Made by a program: the position numbers and the translations under genes
In this document: positions 1 to 11,500 of the stretch, piece by piece
Layout of the letters: every line of letters starts with the position of its first letter
Position numbering within the stretch: the first letter of the stretch is position 1
The notes under the pieces: model-generated
What the model was told of the DNA's origin: nothing
What the model saw: the letters and a program-made list of their open reading frames with translations, nothing else
Databases searched by the model: none
From: Monocercomonoides exilis PA203
Taxonomy: Eukaryota > Protista > Preaxostyla
Direction: 5' to 3'
DNA: 64,000 nucleotides
Assembly (NCBI GenBank): GCA_001643675.2
Contig: LSRY02000006.1
Coordinates: 1,612,001 to 1,676,000 of the forward strand

Positions 1-1
1 A

Positions 2-3000
2 AGCACCGAAGGTAGAGGAGCAAATAATGCAACAGTCGTAAACGTCGAGGATGGATCGTTTTTGCGCGTGTCTGGTGATGGAAACAGATGCAGTGTTGTT
101 GAAAGTGCACATGGAGACAATGTGCAACTGACAATAAATGGAACAGTTTTTGAGCAGTGCAACACAACGTTGTCAGAGAAAGGAGGAGGGATGCTGTTTG
201 TGCTTGATGAAGAGGGATCGTTTGCACTTCATGATTCAAAGGTCATTCAAACAAGCTGTTCTGTTGCGAATGGAAGAGGTGGTGGCGCATATATAAAGAG
301 TACACTGAGTGGAGAACTGAACTTCTTTTTTGATAATGTGCTGTTTAAACGCAACGTGGCACAGGTGGGGAATGATGTGTTTGTTGAGTGCATAAACATT
401 GAAAATCAGATCAATGAGACACAATTCAGGCTTGTCCTATCGCAGAAGGGATATGTCAAGGAAAATGCAATATATGGCATTGATAGTGGCGAGCATTCTG
501 AGACACTATTTGATTTGATCAATCTGATAACTGTGTATATGGCAGACATGATTGTTGTTTCCTCATTACCATCGAACGGAGGGAAGAATGACAGGCAGTG
601 TGGGCCGCCATCATATCCATGCAAGTCAATTGACTATGCAATAAGCCATTTGTCCCACGAATTTGTGAGTATGATGTATGTTGACAATTGTTCGCTGGTG
701 CAGGGAGAGACCGAGCTGAGTGATATGACGCTCTTGTCGAAAGGTTCACTTCCGTCCAAAGTGAATGTTTTTTCTGAGATTCCAGCAACACGAAATGAGC
801 TCGTGGTCACATCAGAATGTGTAACAATATCTCTCCTCAAATTCTCGTTTCCGTCACCATTTTCCTCAAAACACTCTTCGTTCATTCTCATTAAAAGCGG
901 ATCGCTTTCAATTCAGTCTTGCTCATTTTGTGCATCAGACTTGCCCTCCGTCTCCACTACGCCTGAGCTGTCGATGACGCTTATTGTTCAAAATGGAAAG
1001 CATCTTGCAATCTCCCGCACCAACGTTTCCGGTCTCTCATTTGCTTCTGGAAAAGCAATCATAGGTGCTTTTTCGCGAACTGCAAATATCTCGTTCGAGC
1101 AATTATCAATTGAGAATGTGGCTCTTCAGGATGGAAGCTGCATCAGCATCGTTGATCCACATGAGAATTCGATAAATTCTCAGGATGTATGCATTGTCGA
1201 TATATCTCAGTGTTTATTTTCAAATGTTTCGAGATATGGCTCAAACGTTTGTGCGATCTCCGCTTCCTCAAAAGAACTGATCAATTTATCGAACTGCTCA
1301 TTCAAAGCTCGCTCATTGTCTTCGACTCTTGGAAGTGCTGTTTTGTTTGCTTTTTGTTTGAATGTGGAAATAAAAACGTGCTCGTTTGTTGGAGAATATA
1401 GTGACCCAGATAGCCTGGAGGTATTGAACCAACAAAACGAAAAGAATGAAGGACTATGTTTGTGGAACGGATCTTTGGTCTGGACGAGAAATAGTTTTGT
1501 TGCAATGAAAGACACTGTGATTTCAAATTCATGTGAAGGAGGGCTGTCTGTATCTGGGGGACGTATGACGGTTGAGATGGGAATGTTCAAAGATAACAAC
1601 CCATCAATCAGAGGATATCCATCTGCTCGCCGCAATATCCTTTGTGGTGATTCGGGTGAGCTAATGGTTTCGAGTCTGAAAGGAGGAGATGGGCTGAGGG
1701 ACAATACATCATTGTGGGTATTAAGCGACGGGTGCACTCTGGATGGGATAGCAGCTGAGAGGTTATCGCCGTTTTTCATCCCAATCCTTGATTCTGTAGA
1801 AATGGAGCTGGATGAAAACAAAGCACAATTAACATTTGTTGGAGCTCTTTTCCTTCCCTGCAATCTGCAACTTCAGCTTATATATGCAAGATTCGATGAA
1901 GAAATGATTGAGAAGTATCCATTCGAAGGTGAAGGCTTTGTGAATGAGTCAGTGCTTTGTTCAGACATTTCTGCAGCAAAAGTGAGAGACATGTCAGATG
2001 ACACAGAACTAATTGTTGCAATTATGTTTGGCGAGGCACCAAACTTTCATTCTACATCGGAGATTGTGCTAAAGAATGCCAGCAAAAAAAGAGATGACAG
2101 CAGCCCCACAGATAATATGAGTCAAAGCTCCAATGAAAAGAAATCGTCATGGACAATGATTGTAATTGTGGTTTTTGCAATTTTGTTTTTTGTTGTTCTA
2201 ATTGTATCCATTGTTGTCACTATTAGATGGAGGAAGCAAAAGAGAAGGACAGAAGAGCTGGAGGTGATTGTGAATGATAACATCAGAAAGGACCCGAAGG
2301 CGTTTGAGATGGTGACGATGGAGATGTCGCCTGAGGCGCAGTGGAGGAGAGCAGAGGAGGAGGCAGAGAAGAAGAATGAAGAGAGGATCAAGAAGAGGGT
2401 GTATGAGAAAAGCTTGGGACACTCGGAGTCATCAGAGCATCTTCTGTCTGAGAGTGGCTCCACTGAATACATTCTTGGCCAAGACTCAGACAAGATTCCC
2501 AAATGGATGCTGGAGAAGGTTGATGAGAAGGAGGAAGAGGAAGAGGTGAGAAAGAGATCTCCTTCACCTTCTATCCCATCCACTTCAACAACAGACACTT
2601 CGGTCACAGAATCCACATTTGTTCGAGGGGAGGATATGTGCCCAACCACTTCATCGATGTCGAACTTGGTGGATGCAATGGCCTGCTCCTCGCCTCACGA
2701 GAAGTTGATTGTGGATCTGAGGGATTCGCTGTTCATGTTGTTGCATGGGCGGAATGAGAAGAAGGAGATGGTTATTGGAACCCTCCAACAGAGGGAGCAG
2801 ACAGCTGCTCAGATCCTGTTCTGGGTGGCGAATGGAGCACTCCATTCTTTCGACGAAATGGAAGTTCCGCTTCAGTCACTGGACAATGTGAGTCCGCACA
2901 TTGTTCTGTTCTCGGAGCATATGGTGATCACCATAGCCATGCACTCTGACTGCTCAACAGACTCAGACTCATCATCCATTTCATCTTCTTCCACCATCAT

Positions 3001-3508
3001 CACCTCTTCCTCGGACATTTCTGTGAAGAGTGAGAGGTTCACCAAATCACCACCTCCATCTTCCGCTTTTGAAGATGAAGACGATTTCAAGAAAGAGTGT
3101 CTGAGGTGGATGGCTCCGGAGCTGTTGAATGGAGCAAAGAAGCATGCAACGAAGAAGACAGTGGCTTTCTCGATCGGGATGATGCTGTGGGAGTGCTTGA
3201 CATTGATAATCCCCTTTGGAGAGTATGAAGCTGTGATAGCTGGAGAGAAGATTGAAAAAGGAGAAAGGCCAGACATGATAAAGATTGAAGAAAGTTCGAT
3301 GAAAGAGCTGGCAAAGTCATGTGTGCAGCACTGTTCAAAAGGAAGATTGAGCTTGATGGATTTAAAGAGAGAGTTCATTACTCACTTCCCAAAGGGGATG
3401 ACGATATTGACCGTTTCTGATGCGATTGATTTTGATGAAGGAATGGAGAATGGCAGCGAGGCGAGCGGAAGCAGAAGAACTCAAATAGAAAGCAAACGAA
3501 GTTGTTAG
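2..3508 (+). CDS. Receptor-like transmembrane pseudokinase (Cys-rich beta-helix-like ectodomain, one TM helix, degenerate TK/TKL-like C-lobe); 5'-partial
   Basis: Frame open from base 2 to TAG at 3506-3508. Ectodomain has GGG-x-Y / N-x-A-x-x-GND-x-F motifs and a CG-x4-PC-x-SI-x-YA motif. TM helix WTMIVIVVFAILFFVVLIVSIVVTI at about 2150-2225 is followed by RWRKQKRR. C-terminal kinase subdomains VIII-XI (LRWMAPELL, FSIGMMLWECLTLIIPF, GERP) are present, but HRD and DFG are not. Confidence 0.75.
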   Translation, partial: STEGRGANNATVVNVEDGSFLRVSGDGNRCSVVESAHGDNVQLTINGTVFEQCNTTLSEKGGGMLFVLDEEGSFALHDSKVIQTSCSVANGRGGGAYIKSTLSGELNFFFDNVLFKRNVAQVGNDVFVECINIENQINETQFRLVLSQKGYVKENAIYGIDSGEHSETLFDLINLITVYMADMIVVSSLPSNGGKNDRQCGPPSYPCKSIDYAISHLSHEFVSMMYVDNCSLVQGETELSDMTLLSKGSLPSKVNVFSEIPATRNELVVTSECVTISLLKFSFPSPFSSKHSSFILIKSGSLSIQSCSFCASDLPSVSTTPELSMTLIVQNGKHLAISRTNVSGLSFASGKAIIGAFSRTANISFEQLSIENVALQDGSCISIVDPHENSINSQDVCIVDISQCLFSNVSRYGSNVCAISASSKELINLSNCSFKARSLSSTLGSAVLFAFCLNVEIKTCSFVGEYSDPDSLEVLNQQNEKNEGLCLWNGSLVWTRNSFVAMKDTVISNSCEGGLSVSGGRMTVEMGMFKDNNPSIRGYPSARRNILCGDSGELMVSSLKGGDGLRDNTSLWVLSDGCTLDGIAAERLSPFFIPILDSVEMELDENKAQLTFVGALFLPCNLQLQLIYARFDEEMIEKYPFEGEGFVNESVLCSDISAAKVRDMSDDTELIVAIMFGEAPNFHSTSEIVLKNASKKRDDSSPTDNMSQSSNEKKSSWTMIVIVVFAILFFVVLIVSIVVTIRWRKQKRRTEELEVIVNDNIRKDPKAFEMVTMEMSPEAQWRRAEEEAEKKNEERIKKRVYEKSLGHSESSEHLLSESGSTEYILGQDSDKIPKWMLEKVDEKEEEEEVRKRSPSPSIPSTSTTDTSVTESTFVRGEDMCPTTSSMSNLVDAMACSSPHEKLIVDLRDSLFMLLHGRNEKKEMVIGTLQQREQTAAQILFWVANGALHSFDEMEVPLQSLDNVSPHIVLFSEHMVITIAMHSDCSTDSDSSSISSSSTIITSSSDISVKSERFTKSPPPSSAFEDEDDFKKECLRWMAPELLNGAKKHATKKTVAFSIGMMLWECLTLIIPFGEYEAVIAGEKIEKGERPDMIKIEESSMKELAKSCVQHCSKGRLSLMDLKREFITHFPKGMTILTVSDAIDFDEGMENGSEASGSRRTQIESKRSC

Positions 3509-3546
3509 CAGAGTGTTTTCAATTCAAAGTCAACTTTGTCGTTAAA

Positions 3547-3570
3547 AAAAGAAAGAAAGAAAGAAAGAAA
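3547..3570. repeat. (GAAA)n microsatellite
   Basis: aaaagaaagaaagaaagaaagaaa just 3' of the stop; a second poly-A/(GAAA)n run lies at about 3817-3842. Confidence 0.7.
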
Positions 3571-4236
3571 TTGAAAGCTAAAAATAAATTCGTCACAAAC
3601 GCATTGAATCATCAAATAAGCGGGGGGAAAAACAGCAAAACACAAATGAGAAGTGAGCATAACAAAGTCTTGTATTAACATAATTTTTGTCAGAATTCAA
3701 TAACACTCAAAGAACAAGAGAAAGAGAAAGCGTGTACATGTGCGTCGTGTGCGTGGGTGCGTGAGCTTGTGAGAAAATTGAAAAAGAAAACATTTCAATT
3801 TAATAAACAATTTGCTAAAAAAAAAAAAAAGAAAGAAAGAAATAGATGAGAAAAATGAAAAGCATTGCAGGCACTAATAATATTTTCATTTAAGCACTCC
3901 ACTTTCATAATCGTCTTTTCGATAAATAAACTTATTTTTTCATCCATCTTTTTGTGAAACAAATAATAAAACGGTAAAAATGACTTTAGAAATTAAAGAA
4001 CACAAATAACAAAAAAAAAAAACATCACAGTATTTACACCTGCCCAAATAATATCTATCCATATTCAAAGTATATTCTTGGTGTTTTTGATTCGTTTATT
4101 ATAATAATAGTTATTATCCTGAAATTTTGTTTTAAAAAATTGTCTCAAGCAAAATACAGAATTATATCAAACAAATCATATTCATGATCAATTTTTAATT
4201 TTTGAGTGTCTATCCAAATATATACGCAGTCTTAAT

Positions 4237-6144
4237 CGGATATTATCACATCGAGTTTTGCACAACTTTTTGTGACTATATCAGATTGTGATAATATACG
4301 ATGCTGATTCACACAGATAAAAAAATAAAGATAAATCAATTTATTTAGGGTGCATATTTTATCTTGACCTCAAAATTTTATCTCAACCCTGTTTTTTTGA
4401 AACTTATTTTTGCTTTTTTGATTTGTGAAAAGGCTTAAAACACAAACAAAATATATAAACTTTCTGATATTTTTGTTTTTCAGAATTCTGTTAAAAATTT
4501 TTTTGAGATTTTTATGTTCAAAAAAATATTCAAAATTTTTATTATTTTAGGACCCAGATCAAAGACTTGCTGACTTTGAAGCGAATATATCATTCGGAAC
4601 GTTAAAAGATACATAATCATAATTCTACACTCCTATATTATTATTATAACTTATTTTTAACTTTTTCAATATAATTTTTGACCTTTTTTTCTCATTTCAC
4701 TGTTTTTACTTAAAACACGATTTTTTATATAAACAAGTATTTGTGTCAAATTTTATTAAAATGAAAAAATTATATAAAGTCTTTTTTATCGTTTCTTTGT
4801 TTTAAGCATTGAAATGAAAAGGAACTTTTCAAGAATTTTAACTGAAAAGCAAGTATATATGATTTTTTAAAGTTTCAAATTACCAAACACTCACAAATAA
4901 ATTATCGTTTTAACATACAAGAATCGTTTTATTTTAATAATGTTTATTTGTCATTTCAATAAATTTTAAAACAAATGGATGCATGTCTCTGAAATCGTGT
5001 TTTTTGAAAAAATGTGTGAAATGAGAAAAAGTGTAAAAAAAACATGTTGAGAAAGTTTTGAACAAGTTTAGCTTATAAAAAAGAAACAATGTATTATGAT
5101 ATGAAAGCTGAAAACTTCTTGTAAAAAATATTCGCTGAAATAGCAGCAAGTCAATGATCAAAACATAAAATTATTATTATCCTCGATCTTTTTGTGAAAC
5201 ATGAAATATTGAAAAAAAAAATACAGAATAAGGAAAATAAAACATTTCAAACATTTCTGGTTATTTTTTATTTATCGCAGTCTTGTGTAAAGCCAAAATC
5301 ATGGCAAAAAAGAAAAAGGTCTAGATAAAGAAAAAAGGTCAAGATAAAATTATAACCCTATTAATTTTGGGTCAATTTTTCCATTTTTTATAATTCTACA
5401 CAACCACACATTTTTCTATTGAAAAAATAATTTATATCATAAATGGACTTAACATGTGTTACTTTGTGACTATTGACAGATAAAATTGGTTTCATGACGG
5501 ACCGAGTAAAAATGTTCACGTCAGAACCTCAATTATTAGAACAAATATTTTTATATGTAAATATTGTTAAATATTTATTCAAATAAGCGAAGTATGAAAA
5601 TGCATTTCTCAATTAAGGATATTGACAAAAAATCATATTTGAAATGAATTGATCATCGGACCGTCAGTGAAGTCAGTGACTGTTAATGGAGTCAGTATTC
5701 TTCAAGGAAATCGTTTTTAAATAATTTATGAAACAAAGAAAAGTTCGAAGAATAAAATAAATTGAATGTATTAATATAATTTGATATATATTACGAAAAT
5801 TCCAAAAATCAGAGAAAATAATATTTTTTTCAAATATAAATGCTGACATGGATTTTTAATTACTGACGGACGCGGCAAAAATTTTTATATCTGTAACACA
5901 TGTTTAAAATGGACATTATAATGACTAATTCAAACATATTTCTGAAAAATCAAAAAATCGAAATTTATGATCAAAAAATCGATTTTTCAATGAAAAATGA
6001 ACTCATAATAAAACAAAAGTTATTATATATATTCAGCCTTGTGATTTTATGCGATGAAAAATGAACGAAAAAAAGGAAAAAATATCGGTGCATCGAAAAT
6101 GTGATTATTAACGATGTTGATTATATTCGACGTGATAATATCCG
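4237..6144. repeat. Nested inverted-repeat block A[B..B'][C..C']A'
   Basis: A 4237-4254 (cggatattatcacatcga) vs A' 6127-6144, 17/18 match. B 4356-4370 vs B' 5336-5350, exact 15 bp with weaker flanking similarity. C 5451-5462 vs C' 5893-5904, exact 12 bp. Confidence 0.55.
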
Positions 6145-6460
6145 GTTTAGGCAGTATATATTTCTTTGAGTTATAAGGTTAAATTTTCGCTGTTATTTTT
6201 GTGTAGTCATTATCCACAGTTTCGATAATTCGTATATTCCCGATTTTCCGCTTCACATGGTGCAAAATATTACGCTTCAGGCATTTTCATAGAAAATTAT
6301 TATCAGAGAATGAACTTATTGTGATCAAAATATTCAACTAAAATGTGTTATTTCTTTGAAAAAAAAATATGAGGTCAGAAAGCATGAAGTAATTTTGTTT
6401 ACGATATTTGTTTTCGGATAAGGAAATTCTCTTAATTATGATTTATGAGAAAGTTGAAAA

Positions 6461-6708
6461 ATATGTCAAAATTTTTTTGAAAAGTTCCTTTTGTCTAATT
6501 TTCTAATAAAATAAAAATTTCATTTTTCAATCAAATTTCTGTTCCCACTCACCAAATTTTGCTGTCATGAAAACACAATCTTGACGATGTTATAATTTTA
6601 TTTAAAGTGAAGTTTCGTAAGTGTGAACAGAAATTTGATCGAAATATGAAGATTTTATTTTATTCGAAAATTAAACAAAAGGAACTTTTCAAAAAATTTT
6701 TGACATAT
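6461..6708. mobile_element. MITE/foldback-like element with ~89-bp imperfect terminal inverted repeats
   Basis: Arm 6461-6549 is the near reverse complement of arm 6620-6708 (shared gaacagaaatttgat ... caaaaggaacttttcaaaaaa ... tgacatat), with a ~70-bp spacer and no ORF. Confidence 0.7.
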
Positions 6709-6847
6709 AATGAGTGAATCAAAAATTTAATGTGAGTTATGAAAGCTTGAAAGTCTGTATTTTTCCCCATTTAATGAAACTACAATATTTCGTTTGAATT
6801 GTTCATTTTAAAAGGAAGTTCGTTCTTTTATTAAAGTCTCATCACTT

Positions 6848-7949
6848 GAACAAATACAGATATCGCATAAAATACCGGACAAGATCCTTATCTCAATAAC
6901 CGCAAGAAGAAAAATTCTGATAATTTTCCTCAAAATATATCTCATCAATACAAACTCGCGTGACATAAAAGACTTTCATGACTTCCTCGTTTATGTTCAG
7001 AATATTTTTTTTTAAATTTGGAAAAATAGGATTTTTAGTTTCTCCGAAGTTTTAAAAATACTTTATTCTATATTTCTGTGACCTGACAAATTGCTTGAAG
7101 CCTCGTCTGTCAAAAAAAAAAAAAAAAATATTTTTTTTCAAAATTAATATAAAATAAACTATTGCTAAAACTTCTCAAGACTTTTCAAAGCAAATTGGAA
7201 AAGATTTGTTGATAGAATCTGTAATATCTTGTAGTTTTTTCTCTTTTGTCAGTGACCGTCAGTGACTGTCAATGACAAATTGTGACAAAAATATTCCTCA
7301 ACTGACATTTCGTGTCAAATAAAATAAATATTTGGAACCTGATCATTTCATTTTTATTATAATTTTTTCAAAATAATAAGAATTATTTCATGAAGATTTT
7401 CAAATTAATTATTATAGTAATTAAGAATCATGAAATCATTATAAATAACCCTTTTTGACAAGTCATAAATATCTTGTCAGTCATTTTGTCATTTTTTCAA
7501 TTTTCTCTTGTCATGTCACAGATGTATACTTTATCCTAATCGCAAAAGAAGTTATTTTGAAAGTTTTGTATATCAAAATGAGTTTGGTTTAATGAGATAT
7601 ATTTTGAGGAAAATTAACAAAATTATTCCTCTTGCAGTTATTGTGAAATCTATATGGGTGATTATTTTTGAAATCATATTATTTCAGACAAAATTTTTGG
7701 TTCTGAAAATAATCTTGAATATTATCAGATGAACATTGAAAAGTGAAAAGGCTTTTTGAATTCATTTTAGTCGTTGATTCCGAAAGACCATTTGTATTTA
7801 AAAACAATTATCATGCTTTTTCACTTTTGAACAAATATTTTTTCTTATAAAACTAACAATTAATGAAAACCAACACCCCGAAAAAAGTTATGATTTCAAA
7901 AATAATCACCCATATTGTCCTGTATTTTATGCGATATCTGTGTTTGTTC
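6848..7949. mobile_element. Nested MITE-like elements E[F..F']E'
   Basis: E 6848-6882 vs E' 7915-7949, 33/35 inverted identity. Inside it, F 7652-7678 vs F' 7889-7915 is a perfect 27-bp inverted repeat (atatgggtgattatttttgaaatcata). Confidence 0.65.
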
Positions 7950-8544
7950 TCAGTCATAAAATTCGATAAGAACAAAAATACATTTTTGACTGTGTTATCT
8001 TTTCTATTCAAATGAAAGACATTGAGTTGGAACAGTGATTAGATAAAAAACATATGATTTTTTTTAACCAAAAACATCACGAGAGAAACTTTTTTTTTTA
8101 TAAAACTATTTGATTAAAGGTTGTTTTGGACTTTCAACAAACATTCACATTGATAAATTTCGAAACAATGAAAAGACTATCTCTTCCATTAAATAATGAT
8201 GTTTAAAAACTTTTTGTGCATTTTGTTTCTATGTAACTTTATTGCTTTTTAAAATTTTTTTGAATAAGAAAAAAATTGTTGAAATGAAATTATGTTATTG
8301 TTATTAAACAAAAATTCAGGCAAAATCCAATTATAACATCTGCCTTTAAAAATTTACTTTCTTTAATTAAGAAAAAGAGTACAAAGATTTGTAAATAAGT
8401 TGAAAAATAAACATGAAAAAAAGGATCCAATTAGAAAATTCTATCCAAAGACTGATTAAGTGCACCTAGAATTGAAAATATGTAAAACTGAAATCAAAAA
8501 AGAACATCTCGATTAGAAAAAGTTTCATTTTTTTTTTTTTTTTG

Positions 8545-11500
8545 CTAATGATCTTTCAGCCGACCCGAATCTTCCACTCTTTGCCTGATTAATTCTATTA
8601 GTTTCTTATCTCTAAGCAATGTCTCAATGTTGCAGAGGATGCGATATTTCCAATAATGCTTTCTATTTGAAGGCTGATTGATCCACTCCTCCCATGGATT
8701 ACTATGAAACAGTACGCCCTTGCGCTTCTCGCCTCCAATTGCAACAATATCTTGAAATGGAAAAATAGCAAGCATTGCGGGGGAATAGAAATGCATATCA
8801 AGGAGCCTTAAATGCTGTGAAGTTGGAAGATACCGAGGGACTCCTGTTGGGTATGTATAAGGAGGAGATATTGACAAAGGTTCTTCCAATGCGTCTTCAT
8901 TTTCGCTTTCACCATTAGAATATTCTTCTAAAAATTCGTTGTTTTTAAAATAATCATGCTTTTTTATTGATTGTGATTCACTCCTTTTAAATTCATTCGC
9001 ATATGAAGAATTGAGAAAGGTCGATTCATCAATAAAAGAATTGCCTAAAAGTCTGTACCAAACATCAGTTACAATGGACATTCCCGCTTTTCCTTCAGGG
9101 CTGCTGATATATTCCTTGAAGCGTTGTTCTCGTTCGTAATTTCGCTTTGATTTTCTTTTTTCTAGTTCGCTTTTTACTGATGATAATTGCATAGAAGATA
9201 AAACGGATGATTGAGAAATAGATACAGATTCATCACAACTTTTTGCATTTTCAGCCAAAATTGCACCCTTTTCTTTTTCACTATTCTTTTCGTCTTTTTC
9301 TTCGAAAACTCCATGTCTTTTCAAACTTTTCTTTTTTCCCCTGTATTTATTTGAATCATCTAGATCGCAAAGTTCCCACCAGGCACGAAGGGGAGGCATG
9401 TCGTGTGTTGATGTTGTTGCAACAACGCGCTCAGAATAGTCACTTGGATGCATGCAATGCCCTTCAATCCCATCAATTACTGATCCAGGCGCAAGGATCC
9501 CTTCACTTCTTCTTTTTTCTCTCTGTTTTTCTTCCACATCAAATGATGGCATGCGCTGCACTCGCAACCCTAAAATGTTGAATTCGTTCATAACATGAGG
9601 TACACAATGCGCAACATGCCCCAAATCCTCTCCACACATTAACATTCTCGATGATTGCTTTAACCACGAAAGTTTCCGATGACCAGATGAGCGAAATTCT
9701 TCTTCGTGCCATCGGTAAAAATAATCATCACAAAATGACAACAGTTTCTCCTTGCAATTCGCATCCAGCCGCTGATAAGATAAAGATGAGCCTATGTTGA
9801 AACGTGGCACATAATAATCATTCCCATACTTGTATAAGCATACTGAATTTTTGAGTGCCCAAAACTTCTTCATGTGCTGGTCAAATTCTCTCACTCTTTC
9901 GGCAGGCGTATCATCATTTATGCCCCACTTTGAAGCTTCGTGTGCTTCAATGGCGGCTTCTGTTTCAAACTCAGCTTTGAAAACGAAATCTCCTTCTTCA
10001 ATAGTCGGATTACCTTGCTTTAAATACTCTTCAATTACTTCTGCTGAAGTCATCTCAATTGGATCTTCAACAATTTCTTCTTCTTCATCTTCTTCCTTGG
10101 CATCATTTCTGTCTGTGATTGGTAAAGTTTGTGTAACAGAAGGAATTGTCGAATAAGAAAATGTACATTCATTTTCAGATGCGTGCGACCCGAGACATCT
10201 TCCTTTAGCCTTTTCTGCTTCAGCTCGCTTTCTCTTTTCACTCTTCTCAATTCCAAACAGGCTCTCTACAAACTGTCTGGTGATATAAGGTTTTGTAAGC
10301 TTATCGTTGTCATCCGAAACTCCTTTGAATGCTAGTCCTGTTTTATAGACCATGGAGCCAGGAACAAATCGTGCATGAAGCCCTGAACGGCATTGAAGAG
10401 GAATCTCCCAAATACGGAAAAAGCCCAAAATGTGATCGATTCGATAAGAATGGAAAAATCTGCTCATAACCTTCAGCCGATTAGCCCACCACACAAAATT
10501 GTCTTCCATTATGTTATCCCAGTTGTATGTTGGGAAATTCCAATTTTGACCTGAAACAGCGAATGCATCTGGGGGAGCACCAGCTTGTGTGTTGAGACGA
10601 AAATATCGCCTGAAGTACCACGTATCAGCAGAATGAGCATCCACTCCAATAGGCACGTCTCCTTTGAGGAACACACGAAGCTCAGCGCACTTTGCGCTGG
10701 CCTCTCTGAGCTGTTTGTCCAAAATGTACTGCACCCACATGTAAAACCGAACCAAAGGCCATGCTGGATCTTCGTTGGACACAACCTTTTCAACAACAGA
10801 TTGAACCATCTGCTCAATTTCTTTCTCTCTTTCTCTGATTGCTGCTGGAGTTTCAAGTGAAGCCGTAGATGAAGAGAGTGCGCTGTCTTCATTTTTCAAG
10901 GTATCACTTTTCTCTCCCTTCAAACTGTATGGCCACAAATGCCAATTGGTTGTGTGTTGTATTTCACTTATAGCTTTGAAAGCAGCATACGAAGGAAGCC
11001 AATACTCACTCTCCTTTACAAACTGTTCAAATTCTTCATTTCCATCGACTAGCCCTTTAGCTAAGTGATACTCGTATATTTCATGAAGCCATTTTAACTT
11101 TATCTTCAATGTTTCTTCATAGTCCATAAACTTTTTGTTTAAGTGTTTTCTTTTTGTTTCAATCTCCTCAAGTACAGATGCAGGTAAAGGATCAATAGAA
11201 TCAATATTCACATAGATTGGATGAAGCGCAAAAGATGACACCGAAGAATATGGATAAGAATCCACCCATTTTGTCTCGTGCACCATCGTGTCTGTCACCG
11301 GAAGCAACTGAATACAGCGCAATCCACACATCGAGCACCATTTAGCAAACAGAGGAATATCACAAAATTCGCCACAGCCAACAGATCTCTTTGATCGCAG
11401 AGAAAAAACAGGAATCACCACCCCAGCAGCTCTGAAATGCGGTTGAGATGGATATGTAAAGGTTCCGCATTCAATAAATAAAAATTGTGCCTTAATTTTT

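Noticed and set aside
4934-7732. Short ORFs in the AT-rich desert (4934-5161, 7508-7732) as possible transposase remnants
   Set aside because: F/I/K/N-biased chance ORFs with no DDE or HTH signature visible.
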